32,000 nucleotides of DNA from Crocosphaera subtropica ATCC 51142 (lineage in GTDB: Bacteria > Cyanobacteriota > Cyanobacteriia > Cyanobacteriales > Microcystaceae). The stretch spans positions 1,800,001 to 1,832,000 of the forward strand of contig NC_010546.1 in NCBI RefSeq assembly GCF_000017845.1, read 5' to 3'. The position numbers and the translations under genes are program-made. Within the stretch, counting starts at the first letter, position 1, and every line of letters begins with the position of its first letter. The notes beneath the pieces were generated by a model. The model was not told where the DNA came from. It saw only the letters and a program-made list of their open reading frames with translations, and made no database searches. This document shows positions 17,341 through 24,716 of this stretch, piece after piece.

Positions 17341-18363
17341 ATGCCTGCTACACTAAATGATACAAAACGATCAGCTATTGCCATGAAATTAGCTGATATG
17401 CAAGCAATTCAGCAGTTAATTATTGATAATGAAGAAACATTATTGAGTCAGTGCAATGAAAAAAGTTTAGTGAAACGTCTCGAAGATATGCTCGAAGACG
17501 ATCGCAAAAATTTAGAAATTGTCAAAACAGCCATTACTCAATATGGGATTCAATCAGAACCCAAAGAAAGTGTACAAGAAATGGTGGACAAAGCCAAAAA
17601 TGTCAATGCTCGTTCTGATATGAGTTTGTATGAAAAACTAGCTCATCATGAACTCTTAAAACACGGTCAGATCGTTTCTGGGTTAGTGGTTCACAAAGCG
17701 GCTCAAGTGGTTGGCCAAGATGTAGAAGCAGCCCTTTCTCCCATTAATACTGTTAACTTTGAAAACCGCGCTCATCAAGAACGGCTTAAAGGGATGCTTG
17801 AGTATGTGGGAACCCAAGAACTCACCGGAGAAGAACCGGATCAAGGGTTATGGGGTCGTGTACAAGATGCTGTTGCTGCAGCCACCGGACTCGTTGGTAG
17901 TGCGGTTTCTCAATCTGCTGACGGTGAAAACGTGGATATCATGGATTTAATCTTCATGGATCATCAGAAAGCGAAAACCTTAATTAGTGAGATTCGTTCT
18001 GCTGAGAATTCCGAGCAAATGACCGCTTTATTTGGTCAACTGTATAAAGATTTGTTGGTTCATGCCAAAGCAGAAGAAGAGGTGGTTTATCCTGCTGTCA
18101 GGTCTTTTTACGGAGAAGAAGATACCCAAGAACTCTATGACGAACAAGAACAACTCGAAACTGTGCTGAACGAGATGAAAAATATGGACAACACTGGCGA
18201 GGGATTTATGGATAAACTTCGTCAGGTTAAATCCCTGATAGGAGATCATACTCGCCAAGAAGAAAGCACAATGTTTGCCTCCATGCGTAACAATATGTCT
18301 GAAAAAGAGCGTAAACAAATGGCACAGCAATTTAAAGAAAGTAAACAGCAATTGCAAAGCTAA
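17341..18363 (+). CDS. Two-domain protein: an N-terminal helical (ferritin-like?) domain fused to a C-terminal hemerythrin HHE cation-binding domain
   Basis: The C-terminal half, from about nt 17935, carries the motifs DHQKAKTLISEI, VHAKAEEEVVYPA and DHTRQEESTMF (H / HxxxE / HxxxE). AGGAG lies 8 nt upstream of the ATG. 340 aa. Confidence 0.75.
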   Translation: MPATLNDTKRSAIAMKLADMQAIQQLIIDNEETLLSQCNEKSLVKRLEDMLEDDRKNLEIVKTAITQYGIQSEPKESVQEMVDKAKNVNARSDMSLYEKLAHHELLKHGQIVSGLVVHKAAQVVGQDVEAALSPINTVNFENRAHQERLKGMLEYVGTQELTGEEPDQGLWGRVQDAVAAATGLVGSAVSQSADGENVDIMDLIFMDHQKAKTLISEIRSAENSEQMTALFGQLYKDLLVHAKAEEEVVYPAVRSFYGEEDTQELYDEQEQLETVLNEMKNMDNTGEGFMDKLRQVKSLIGDHTRQEESTMFASMRNNMSEKERKQMAQQFKESKQQLQS

Positions 18364-18392
18364 ATGTAAATTTTATAAGGATAAAAACAATC

Positions 18393-18890
18393 ATGAATAC
18401 TCTCAAACGGTTTTTTCAAAACATCAAAATTAAACAGTTACTGGTTACTCTATTAGCAGGGGTTTTACTGTTAACTAGCACCGCTTGTGGTAGTGGCAGA
18501 ATGCAAGCAGCCACACCTTCTTCTTCTGGTTCACCCAATGATACGGGTCGTCCTCAACCCGGCCAGTCAATCTATCCCACTAGCGATGTTCAAAAAGAAC
18601 AAGATACTACCGCTTCAGATAGGAAAGCGAAGGGATTGATAGAAGAAGCGAAAAAGCGCAACCAGAAGGATCAAACCCCCGATGAATTAGTCGATGAGCT
18701 TACCCCCGATAAATCTGTCCCTGAGCAAGCTAAAGACTTAAGTCAGTCGGCAAAAGAAGCAGCCCAAAATGCTACTAAAAATACAAAAAAAGCAGCTAAA
18801 AACGCTGCTGAAAATACCAAAGAAGGATTAAAAAATCTCAAAGAAAATACTCAAAATATGGTTGATCAAGCCACCGATGCCATTAATTAA
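18393..18890 (+). CDS. Predicted lipoprotein with a low-complexity, Lys/Ala/Asn-rich LEA-like C-terminal region
   Basis: It has a signal peptide with a lipobox-like LLLTSTAC. The C-terminus has a repetitive amphipathic AKEAAQNATKNTKKAAKNAAENTKEGLKNLKENTQN. It starts 29 nt after the hemerythrin gene stop, so the two are probably an operon. Confidence 0.65.
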   Translation: MNTLKRFFQNIKIKQLLVTLLAGVLLLTSTACGSGRMQAATPSSSGSPNDTGRPQPGQSIYPTSDVQKEQDTTASDRKAKGLIEEAKKRNQKDQTPDELVDELTPDKSVPEQAKDLSQSAKEAAQNATKNTKKAAKNAAENTKEGLKNLKENTQNMVDQATDAIN

Positions 18891-18924
18891 TTCATAATTC
18901 TCTAGCTCCCATTGCTCAAACTAG

Positions 18925-18949
18925 GATAGCCTGAAGGCTATCTTTTTTT
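18925..18949 (+). terminator. Intrinsic terminator of the hemerythrin/lipoprotein unit
   Basis: GATAGCC-tgaa-GGCTATC is a perfect 7-bp stem followed by T7. Confidence 0.8.
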
Positions 18950-19074
18950 GGATGATTAAATAAATCACCCCAAGGAAATACACGTTGAGCTATCTAATCA
19001 TGAAAAACTATTTCTTTAGAAAGTTAAAAATGACACAGTAATTCATTACAGTAGAAGTATAGCAAGCTAGAAAG

Positions 19075-19285
19075 TTTGACACCGGCTGAGTGTTTTATCG
19101 TTGTGGCTCATTGTCGGATATCGAAGAAGAGCGACGTCAGATATCCGAACGGTGTTAAAGCCTTTCCCTTTTGTCACTCAAATTGAGATGTTGTGAAGTT
19201 TTTGTCGCTTCCTTCACTGAACCGCTGCCGAGGGGAGATTCAACTCTCCGTCAGAACGATCCGAGGTAGTCGGCATCTTTTTTTT
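19075..19285 (+). ncRNA. Candidate structured non-coding RNA or cis-regulatory leader. It has a three-way-junction domain, a hairpin and a strong compound intrinsic terminator. The family was not recognised.
   Basis: There is no credible ORF. Helices seen: a closing helix 19075-19084/19150-19159, a perfect 9-bp hairpin 19114-19122/19140-19148, a short hairpin 19087-19091/19106-19110, and a 6-bp hairpin 19193-19198/19212-19217. The terminator helices (19226-19231/19270-19275 and 19258-19264/19270-19277) are followed by T8 at 19278-19285. The 5' end is undefined. Confidence 0.35.
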
Positions 19286-19361
19286 AGCCTTGCTCAATCA
19301 AAAATTAAATTCTAAAATCTATCCATGAAAAATTATTAATTATTAATAATCAAAAAAAACA

Positions 19362-20435
19362 ATGACCCGTTCAGCTTGTCTTATTTTTAATCCTGTAGCT
19401 GGCCAAGGTGATCCTGAGCAAGAATTAACAGAAATCCTCTCTTGGTTAACACCTGTAATAGACCTAGATATCAAAAAAACCACTCAAGACATTGGAGCCG
19501 ATCAACTAGCGCAGCAAGCACTCAAACAAGGGGTAAAAACTATCATTGCTTCTGGGGGAGATGGCACCATTTCAGCAGTAGCAGGAGTCTTAATTAATAC
19601 TGATGCCTATTTAGGGATTATTGCTAGAGGAACGGCTAATGCCTTCGCTTCCGCTTTGGGCATACCTGACACCATTGAACAACAATGTCAGACAATTTTG
19701 GAGGGTAAAACAAAAGTAGTTGATACGGCTCTATGTAATGGTAAGCCAATGATAGTTTTAGCTGCCATTGGACTAGAAGCGAATACCATTAGGGAAGCTG
19801 AAAGAGACATGAAAGATAATTTAGGCCAGCTTGCCTATATCCTCTCTGGTGTTCAGCAACTCCAGGAATTAGAAAAATTTACGGTTGAAATCAATAATGA
19901 GGATAAGACCATTCGTTTAGATGCGATCGCTGTCAGTATTGCTAATGCTGCGCCTCCCACTTCCTTTCTGGCTCAAGGATCGGGTCAAACCATTGTTGAC
20001 GATGGTTTACTTGAGATTACGGTTCTCACTGCCGATAACGCAGCCGAAACAGTGGCAACATCTTATCATTTACTTCAAAAGGCACTTTTAAGCGATGAAG
20101 CTGAGCATCAAGATATTACCTATTGGCGAACTCAAAAAGTTAAAATTACAACTATACCGCCTCAACGAGTAGCCATTGACGGTGATGTGGTGTCTCAAAC
20201 CCCTCTAACCATTGAATGTAAGCCTCGCAGTTTAAGCATTTTTGCCCCGTCTCAACAACTTGAAAAATTAAACAACCAAGCCGTCAATCTATTACCCAAT
20301 TCAATGGTCGACCCAGAACAGAAATCAACCATAAACTTATTAAATTTGAGAACAAGTGTGGGTCTATGGGGATTGATTGCTGGATTGTTAGGATTTATGT
20401 TTTTAGCTTATTTTCTATCTGTTAGAGGATTTTAG
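19362..20435 (+). CDS. Diacylglycerol-kinase-catalytic-domain lipid kinase (YegS/BmrU family) with a C-terminal transmembrane tail
   Basis: Motifs seen: ACLIFNPVAGQG and the nucleotide-binding IASGGDGTISAVAG. The C-terminus VGLWGLIAGLLGFMFLAYFLSV is hydrophobic. 357 aa. Confidence 0.85.
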   Translation: MTRSACLIFNPVAGQGDPEQELTEILSWLTPVIDLDIKKTTQDIGADQLAQQALKQGVKTIIASGGDGTISAVAGVLINTDAYLGIIARGTANAFASALGIPDTIEQQCQTILEGKTKVVDTALCNGKPMIVLAAIGLEANTIREAERDMKDNLGQLAYILSGVQQLQELEKFTVEINNEDKTIRLDAIAVSIANAAPPTSFLAQGSGQTIVDDGLLEITVLTADNAAETVATSYHLLQKALLSDEAEHQDITYWRTQKVKITTIPPQRVAIDGDVVSQTPLTIECKPRSLSIFAPSQQLEKLNNQAVNLLPNSMVDPEQKSTINLLNLRTSVGLWGLIAGLLGFMFLAYFLSVRGF

Positions 20436-20443
20436 CTAACTTG

Positions 20444-21322
20444 CTAAATATGAACTTTTTCTGACCAACGTTGACGGTAAATTTCATAAAGATTAATGGC
20501 AGCAGCAACGGACGCATTTAAACTGGGGGTTTTTCCTTCTAAGGGAATAGAAATTAATTCGTCACAACACCGTTGAGTCAACAAACTTAAACCACTTCCT
20601 TCCGAACCAATGACTAAACCGATCGCTCCACGAAAATCGAAGTCTTGTAACCGTTTTCCTCCCTCTGCAACAGTGCCATAGATCCAAAATCCTTCTGCTT
20701 TTAGGGTTTCTAAGGCCCGACTTAAATTGACGACTCTAGCTACGGGAAAGGACTCTAAGGCTCCTGCGGACACCTTAGACACGGTGGAGGTAACACCAGC
20801 AGCCCGTCTTTGCGGGATAATTAACCCTTGACATCCCATCGCTTCTGCGGTGCGAATAATCGCTCCTAAGTTGTGAGGATCGGCGATACCGTCAGCAATA
20901 ACAATGACTGGTTCATCACTATTAGCCTTAGCTTGAGTAATTAACTCATCTAACTCATGATAAGTATAGGGTGCAACTTGAGCAGCAACCCCTTGATGAT
21001 TCGCCCCATTGGTGATTTGAGATAGCCGTTGCAAAGAAACTTCATCGATGACTGCGCCTTTGGCTTTTGAGGCTTGAATAAGGTTATGAAAACGGGGATC
21101 ATAGTGGAGTCGGTTGGTGATCCAAATACGGTTTAACTGACGATCGCTTTCTAAAGCAGCTAACACAGAATGACGACCATAGATAAGATCATCTTCGCTT
21201 TGTTGGGGTTCAGGGGATGATGTCGGTTGAAGGCGAGAAGGAATCACAGGTTTCTTCCCTGAAAACTTAGCCTTTCTAGAAGAAGAACGGCGATCGCCTC
21301 TGGGAACAGGTTTATTAGCCAT
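20444..21322 (-). CDS. rlmB: 23S rRNA (guanosine-2'-O)-methyltransferase RlmB (SpoU/TrmH family) with a basic N-terminal extension
   Basis: It has a SpoU substrate-binding region ([13 protein letters not shown]) and SpoU methylase motifs ([51 protein letters not shown]). Confidence 0.85.
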   Translation of the reverse strand: MANKPVPRGDRRSSSRKAKFSGKKPVIPSRLQPTSSPEPQQSEDDLIYGRHSVLAALESDRQLNRIWITNRLHYDPRFHNLIQASKAKGAVIDEVSLQRLSQITNGANHQGVAAQVAPYTYHELDELITQAKANSDEPVIVIADGIADPHNLGAIIRTAEAMGCQGLIIPQRRAAGVTSTVSKVSAGALESFPVARVVNLSRALETLKAEGFWIYGTVAEGGKRLQDFDFRGAIGLVIGSEGSGLSLLTQRCCDELISIPLEGKTPSLNASVAAAINLYEIYRQRWSEKVHI

Positions 21323-21349
21323 AGTTTTAATGGGAATTCTAACTATAAT

Positions 21350-21763
21350 TCACGGAATAAGGGTTTCAAGAAGTTCTCGTAAACGATGAGTATCTTGTAG
21401 ATATAAATAGCCAATTAATGTTTCTAAACTGGTGGCTTGTTGATAAATTTCTGGTTGTAAACGACGAGGACACCCAGTTGCCGCATTGCGTCCCCGTCGA
21501 ACGATATCTTGTTCAACGGTGGTTAAATAAGGGGTCAATCTTTGTAAGGCTTTTGCTTGGGTTTCAGCCCTAACTTGAGCAACCACTTGATTATGATAGT
21601 CCCTAACTTTACGGGGGGGAAATAAATAGCTAGTCCGCACATAGAGTTCATAAACCGCATCACCAATGTAAGCTAAAAAGGCCGGGGACAATTGACTAAT
21701 GTTGTCATAGTCTTTTGCCTCCATAATTACCTGAAAATTAACCCCAGGACGATGCTGACTCAT
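21350..21763 (-). CDS. mrnC: Mini-ribonuclease III (23S rRNA maturation)
   Basis: It has the RNase III-like signature LAYIGDAVYELYVR. At 137 aa it has no dsRBD. It lies immediately upstream of rlmB, an adjacency also known from Bacillus (yazC-yacO). Confidence 0.8.
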   Translation of the reverse strand: MSQHRPGVNFQVIMEAKDYDNISQLSPAFLAYIGDAVYELYVRTSYLFPPRKVRDYHNQVVAQVRAETQAKALQRLTPYLTTVEQDIVRRGRNAATGCPRRLQPEIYQQATSLETLIGYLYLQDTHRLRELLETLIP

Positions 21764-21815
21764 AACATGGGATAATAGGGACTGGTGTGAGTCAAGATAG
21801 ACTTTTTCATTTTAA

Positions 21816-22166
21816 CTATTTTTTCTTGTTCTTCAAGTTAGCGAGGGCATCTTCTAAACTTGTTTGTAGGGATAAGAATTTTTCCAGACGAACCAGCTTA
21901 ACGGTTTGAGTCACTCTTGGGTTAGTGACGACTTGTAAAGTTCCGTCATGGTTTTGGGCTTGTTTGACTAACTGAACTAATGCTCCGAGTCCCGAACTAT
22001 CGATAAAATCGATTTGAGAGAGAACGAGAATAATATCATAGGGTCCCTCGTCGATGTATTGCCCAACGACTTTGCGAAATACGGGTTCAGAAAAGGCATC
22101 TAATAAGCCAGTTAATCGGAAAATTTGACAGTTACCTTTAACTTCATGAGTTCCCCTTAAACTCAC
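21816..22166 (-). CDS. STAS-domain anti-sigma-factor antagonist (SpoIIAA-like)
   Basis: 116 aa with a GTG start. It carries the conserved IDFIDSSGLGALV motif with the phosphorylatable Ser. Confidence 0.85.
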   Translation of the reverse strand: MSLRGTHEVKGNCQIFRLTGLLDAFSEPVFRKVVGQYIDEGPYDIILVLSQIDFIDSSGLGALVQLVKQAQNHDGTLQVVTNPRVTQTVKLVRLEKFLSLQTSLEDALANLKNKKK

Positions 22167-22345
22167 GGTTAGGTTTAGTTGCTCAGGAATAGCTTCCTCC
22201 TTAACGTTAGTCGATAAAATTTACAATTGACTCAAAACTGCATTATAACCCGTTATGAACCTTGATTGCTTAGTTCAATTGCAAAGTTATCCTTAATTTT
22301 TGACGGCTTAACGTCTGTATTGAGCTTTATGTTATGTTTCTTCAA

Positions 22346-22921
22346 CTATGAATCCCCTAGGCTTAATAAGCCTTTGGGGGGATTGATTTCGATTCTATTA
22401 TTTTCTAAATCCACCACTGGTACAATTTCATAAACAAACGGAATTAAGACTTTTCTTTCTTTTGTTTTCTTAGCTTCTCGTTCACTATTATTAATTAATT
22501 GGATCTCTAATAAATCGTGACCTGTTGTAAATAAATCTATAACTGTACCGAGTAGTTCTCCTGTTTTATGATGATAAACCTGTACATTAATTAACTGTGA
22601 AACATGATATTCTTCTTCTTCTAGTTCAGGGAGTTCTTGATCCATAATTAAGAGTTTATAACCTCGCAATGTTTCTGCTTGATTTCTATTTTCTATGCCT
22701 TCTAAGCGAACAATATAAATATTTTTACCAGCGACTGATTTACCACTAATTAATTCAATGGCTTGAGGATAGGGATCATGAGGCGGTTGTAACCAGCGTT
22801 TTCCTGGGATTTCAAATCTTTCAGGAAAATCTGTACTTGATAAAACTTTCAATTCTCCTTTTAATCCTCTTGCTGAAACAATTGTTCCAATTTCTAACCA
22901 TTGATTTTTATTGTTTTCCAT
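22346..22921 (-). CDS. rimM: 16S rRNA processing protein RimM
   Basis: The N-terminus WLEIGTIVSARGLKGELKV is followed by a PRC-barrel-like C-terminal half. 191 aa. Confidence 0.9.
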   Translation of the reverse strand: MENNKNQWLEIGTIVSARGLKGELKVLSSTDFPERFEIPGKRWLQPPHDPYPQAIELISGKSVAGKNIYIVRLEGIENRNQAETLRGYKLLIMDQELPELEEEEYHVSQLINVQVYHHKTGELLGTVIDLFTTGHDLLEIQLINNSEREAKKTKERKVLIPFVYEIVPVVDLENNRIEINPPKGLLSLGDS

Positions 22922-23165
22922 TTTGTTTTTGGTTGGTTTAAAAATGTTTTGTTATTTTGATTATAGTATTTTTCAGACTATTAATAAGTGCTGATGTCAC
23001 ACTCAACCAGATTGAAGATAATATTTTTAGATATTGATGGGAAACAAAAATTATTTTCTTCATGCCACTCAGAAGCGTTATAGATTGACAAGTATAAAAA
23101 AAGCGAACCCCCATTATCTATTCCCTCCCTCATTTCCACGAAAAAGAATTAAATAAGTTAAAATC

Positions 23166-23207
23166 TGGGGAGTGAGTTAATATAACTCAGTTTGGGGAGT
23201 GAGTGAA
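23166..23207 (+). promoter_or_regulatory. Two 15-nt direct repeats (TGGGGAGTGAGTTAA / TGGGGAGTGAGTGAA) immediately upstream of the polysaccharide-export gene
   Basis: The repeats match at 14 of 15 positions, with starts at 23166 and 23193 (27-bp phasing). The second ends 12 nt before ATG 23219. Function is unknown: a transcription-factor site, a 5'-UTR element or a repeat remnant. Confidence 0.3.
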
Positions 23208-23218
23208 TCAGTAAACCT

Positions 23219-24685
23219 ATGGTCAGAAAACTATATCAGTGTCGAGAACTATTTCCTGCTGTGGTGAGTTTGAACTGGATGGTAATCTCATTCCTATGGT
23301 GTTTTCCGGGAATGGGTCAACCCCCAGCTTTAGACCCCATACCTCCCCTAGAACCTTATCCAGATCAAATTTATCAAGACTACCCATCATCCACAGAAAC
23401 AGAGTATACATTAGGTGCCGGGGATGTCATCCGAGTAACGGTGTTTCCCGTAGAAGAATTTAGTGGAGACTATCAAATCTTAGTCGATGGAACTCTTTCA
23501 TTACCCCTGCTAGGAACATTTCCGGTTCAAGGACTGACCTTAACCCAATTAACAGAATTTTTGACTCAACAATACAGTTTATATGTAAAGCGTCCCTCCG
23601 TTACCGTTGGCTTAGTGTCTCCTCGTCCTTTAAAATTAGCGATCGCAGGAGAAATTAATAGTCCGGGTTCCTATCTTCTCCCTGTGGAAGGAGGGCAAAA
23701 ATTTCCCACTGTCACCCAACTCATTCAACAAGCAGGGGGAGTGACCACAGTGGCGGATCTCGAAAACGTGAAAATTCAACGACAATTTAAGGGAGAAAAC
23801 CTAGTTTTAATCCTCAATTTATTGGATTTAGTCAAACAAGGTCAACTCAAGCAAGATATTACCCTCAGAGATGGAGACGAAGTCATCATTCCCACCCAGG
23901 AAACCATCGATCTCGCCGAAACTAGACTCCTCTCCGACGCAAATTTTGGTATTGTCGCTAACCAAGAAATTAACGTTGCGATCGTTGGGGAAGTGTACCG
24001 TCCAGGGTCTTATCGTGTTATTCCAGAAAGTACGGCCTCTACTGGTTCACAAGGAAACATTCGCAGACAACCCCCTAGACTCACCCTTGCTGTTCAACTG
24101 GCCGGTGGGATTAAACCCTTAGCCGATGTGCGTCAAGTGGAAGTGCGTCGCTATAATCGAGATGGATCTCAACAAGTTATCGAGGTTGATCTTTGGAATT
24201 TACTACAAACAGGAAACATTGAAGAAGATGTTATCTTACAAGAAGGGGATACAATCATTGTCCCCACTGCCCAAGATTTACCCCCAAACGAAGCAGAACC
24301 CTTAGCGGCCGCTAGTTTTTCCCCTGGAGTCATTCGTGTCAATATTGTGGGAGAGGTGAGAAGTCCAGGAACCGTCGAAGTTCCTCCCAATACCCCCTTA
24401 AATCAAGGGATTTTAGCGGCCGGTGGCTTTGATCAACGACGATCCAATACTGCTACTGTTGAGTTAGTACGTTTAAACCCCGATGGAACTGTGACGAAAC
24501 GGGATATTGATGTTAATCTTGCCCAAGGAATTGCTGAAGGGGATAATCCTATTCTCAAAAATAATGATGTTGTCATTGTCAATCGCAATTTGTTAACGGC
24601 TGCTTCTGATACTTTAACCACCATATTTAGTCCTATTGGGGCATTAACAGGCTTTATTAACTTTTTTAATCTATTCGATGATTAA
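23219..24685 (+). CDS. Polysaccharide export protein (Wza/KpsD-like, Poly_export plus three SLBB repeats)
   Basis: It has LGAGDVIRVTVF...DGTLSLPLLG (the Poly_export motif). A module recurs three times: GE(I/V)xxPG(S/T)Y...AGG...AD. Confidence 0.85.
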   Translation: MVRKLYQCRELFPAVVSLNWMVISFLWCFPGMGQPPALDPIPPLEPYPDQIYQDYPSSTETEYTLGAGDVIRVTVFPVEEFSGDYQILVDGTLSLPLLGTFPVQGLTLTQLTEFLTQQYSLYVKRPSVTVGLVSPRPLKLAIAGEINSPGSYLLPVEGGQKFPTVTQLIQQAGGVTTVADLENVKIQRQFKGENLVLILNLLDLVKQGQLKQDITLRDGDEVIIPTQETIDLAETRLLSDANFGIVANQEINVAIVGEVYRPGSYRVIPESTASTGSQGNIRRQPPRLTLAVQLAGGIKPLADVRQVEVRRYNRDGSQQVIEVDLWNLLQTGNIEEDVILQEGDTIIVPTAQDLPPNEAEPLAAASFSPGVIRVNIVGEVRSPGTVEVPPNTPLNQGILAAGGFDQRRSNTATVELVRLNPDGTVTKRDIDVNLAQGIAEGDNPILKNNDVVIVNRNLLTAASDTLTTIFSPIGALTGFINFFNLFDD

Positions 24686-24716
24686 TAAATAATCATAACT
24701 GGCCACTGTTCACTGA

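Noticed and set aside
17759-18357. ORFs 17759-17950 (+) and 18028-18357 (-)
   Set aside because: They are embedded in the hemerythrin-fusion gene. The antisense ORF is Phe/Leu-rich because the sense strand is Lys/Glu-rich.
19075-19285. Assignment of the structured region to a known RNA family (6S, tmRNA, RNase P, SRP RNA, or TPP, cobalamin, glycine, guanidine, Mn or fluoride riboswitches)
   Set aside because: I compared it by eye with the conserved cores I remember, and none fits. The examples I looked for were GAGGAAAGUCC, the tRNA-like GGGG...CCA end of tmRNA, CUGAGA...ACCUGA, the B12 box and GGUCCGAGAG. It remains an unclassified candidate. This is not proof that no family matches.
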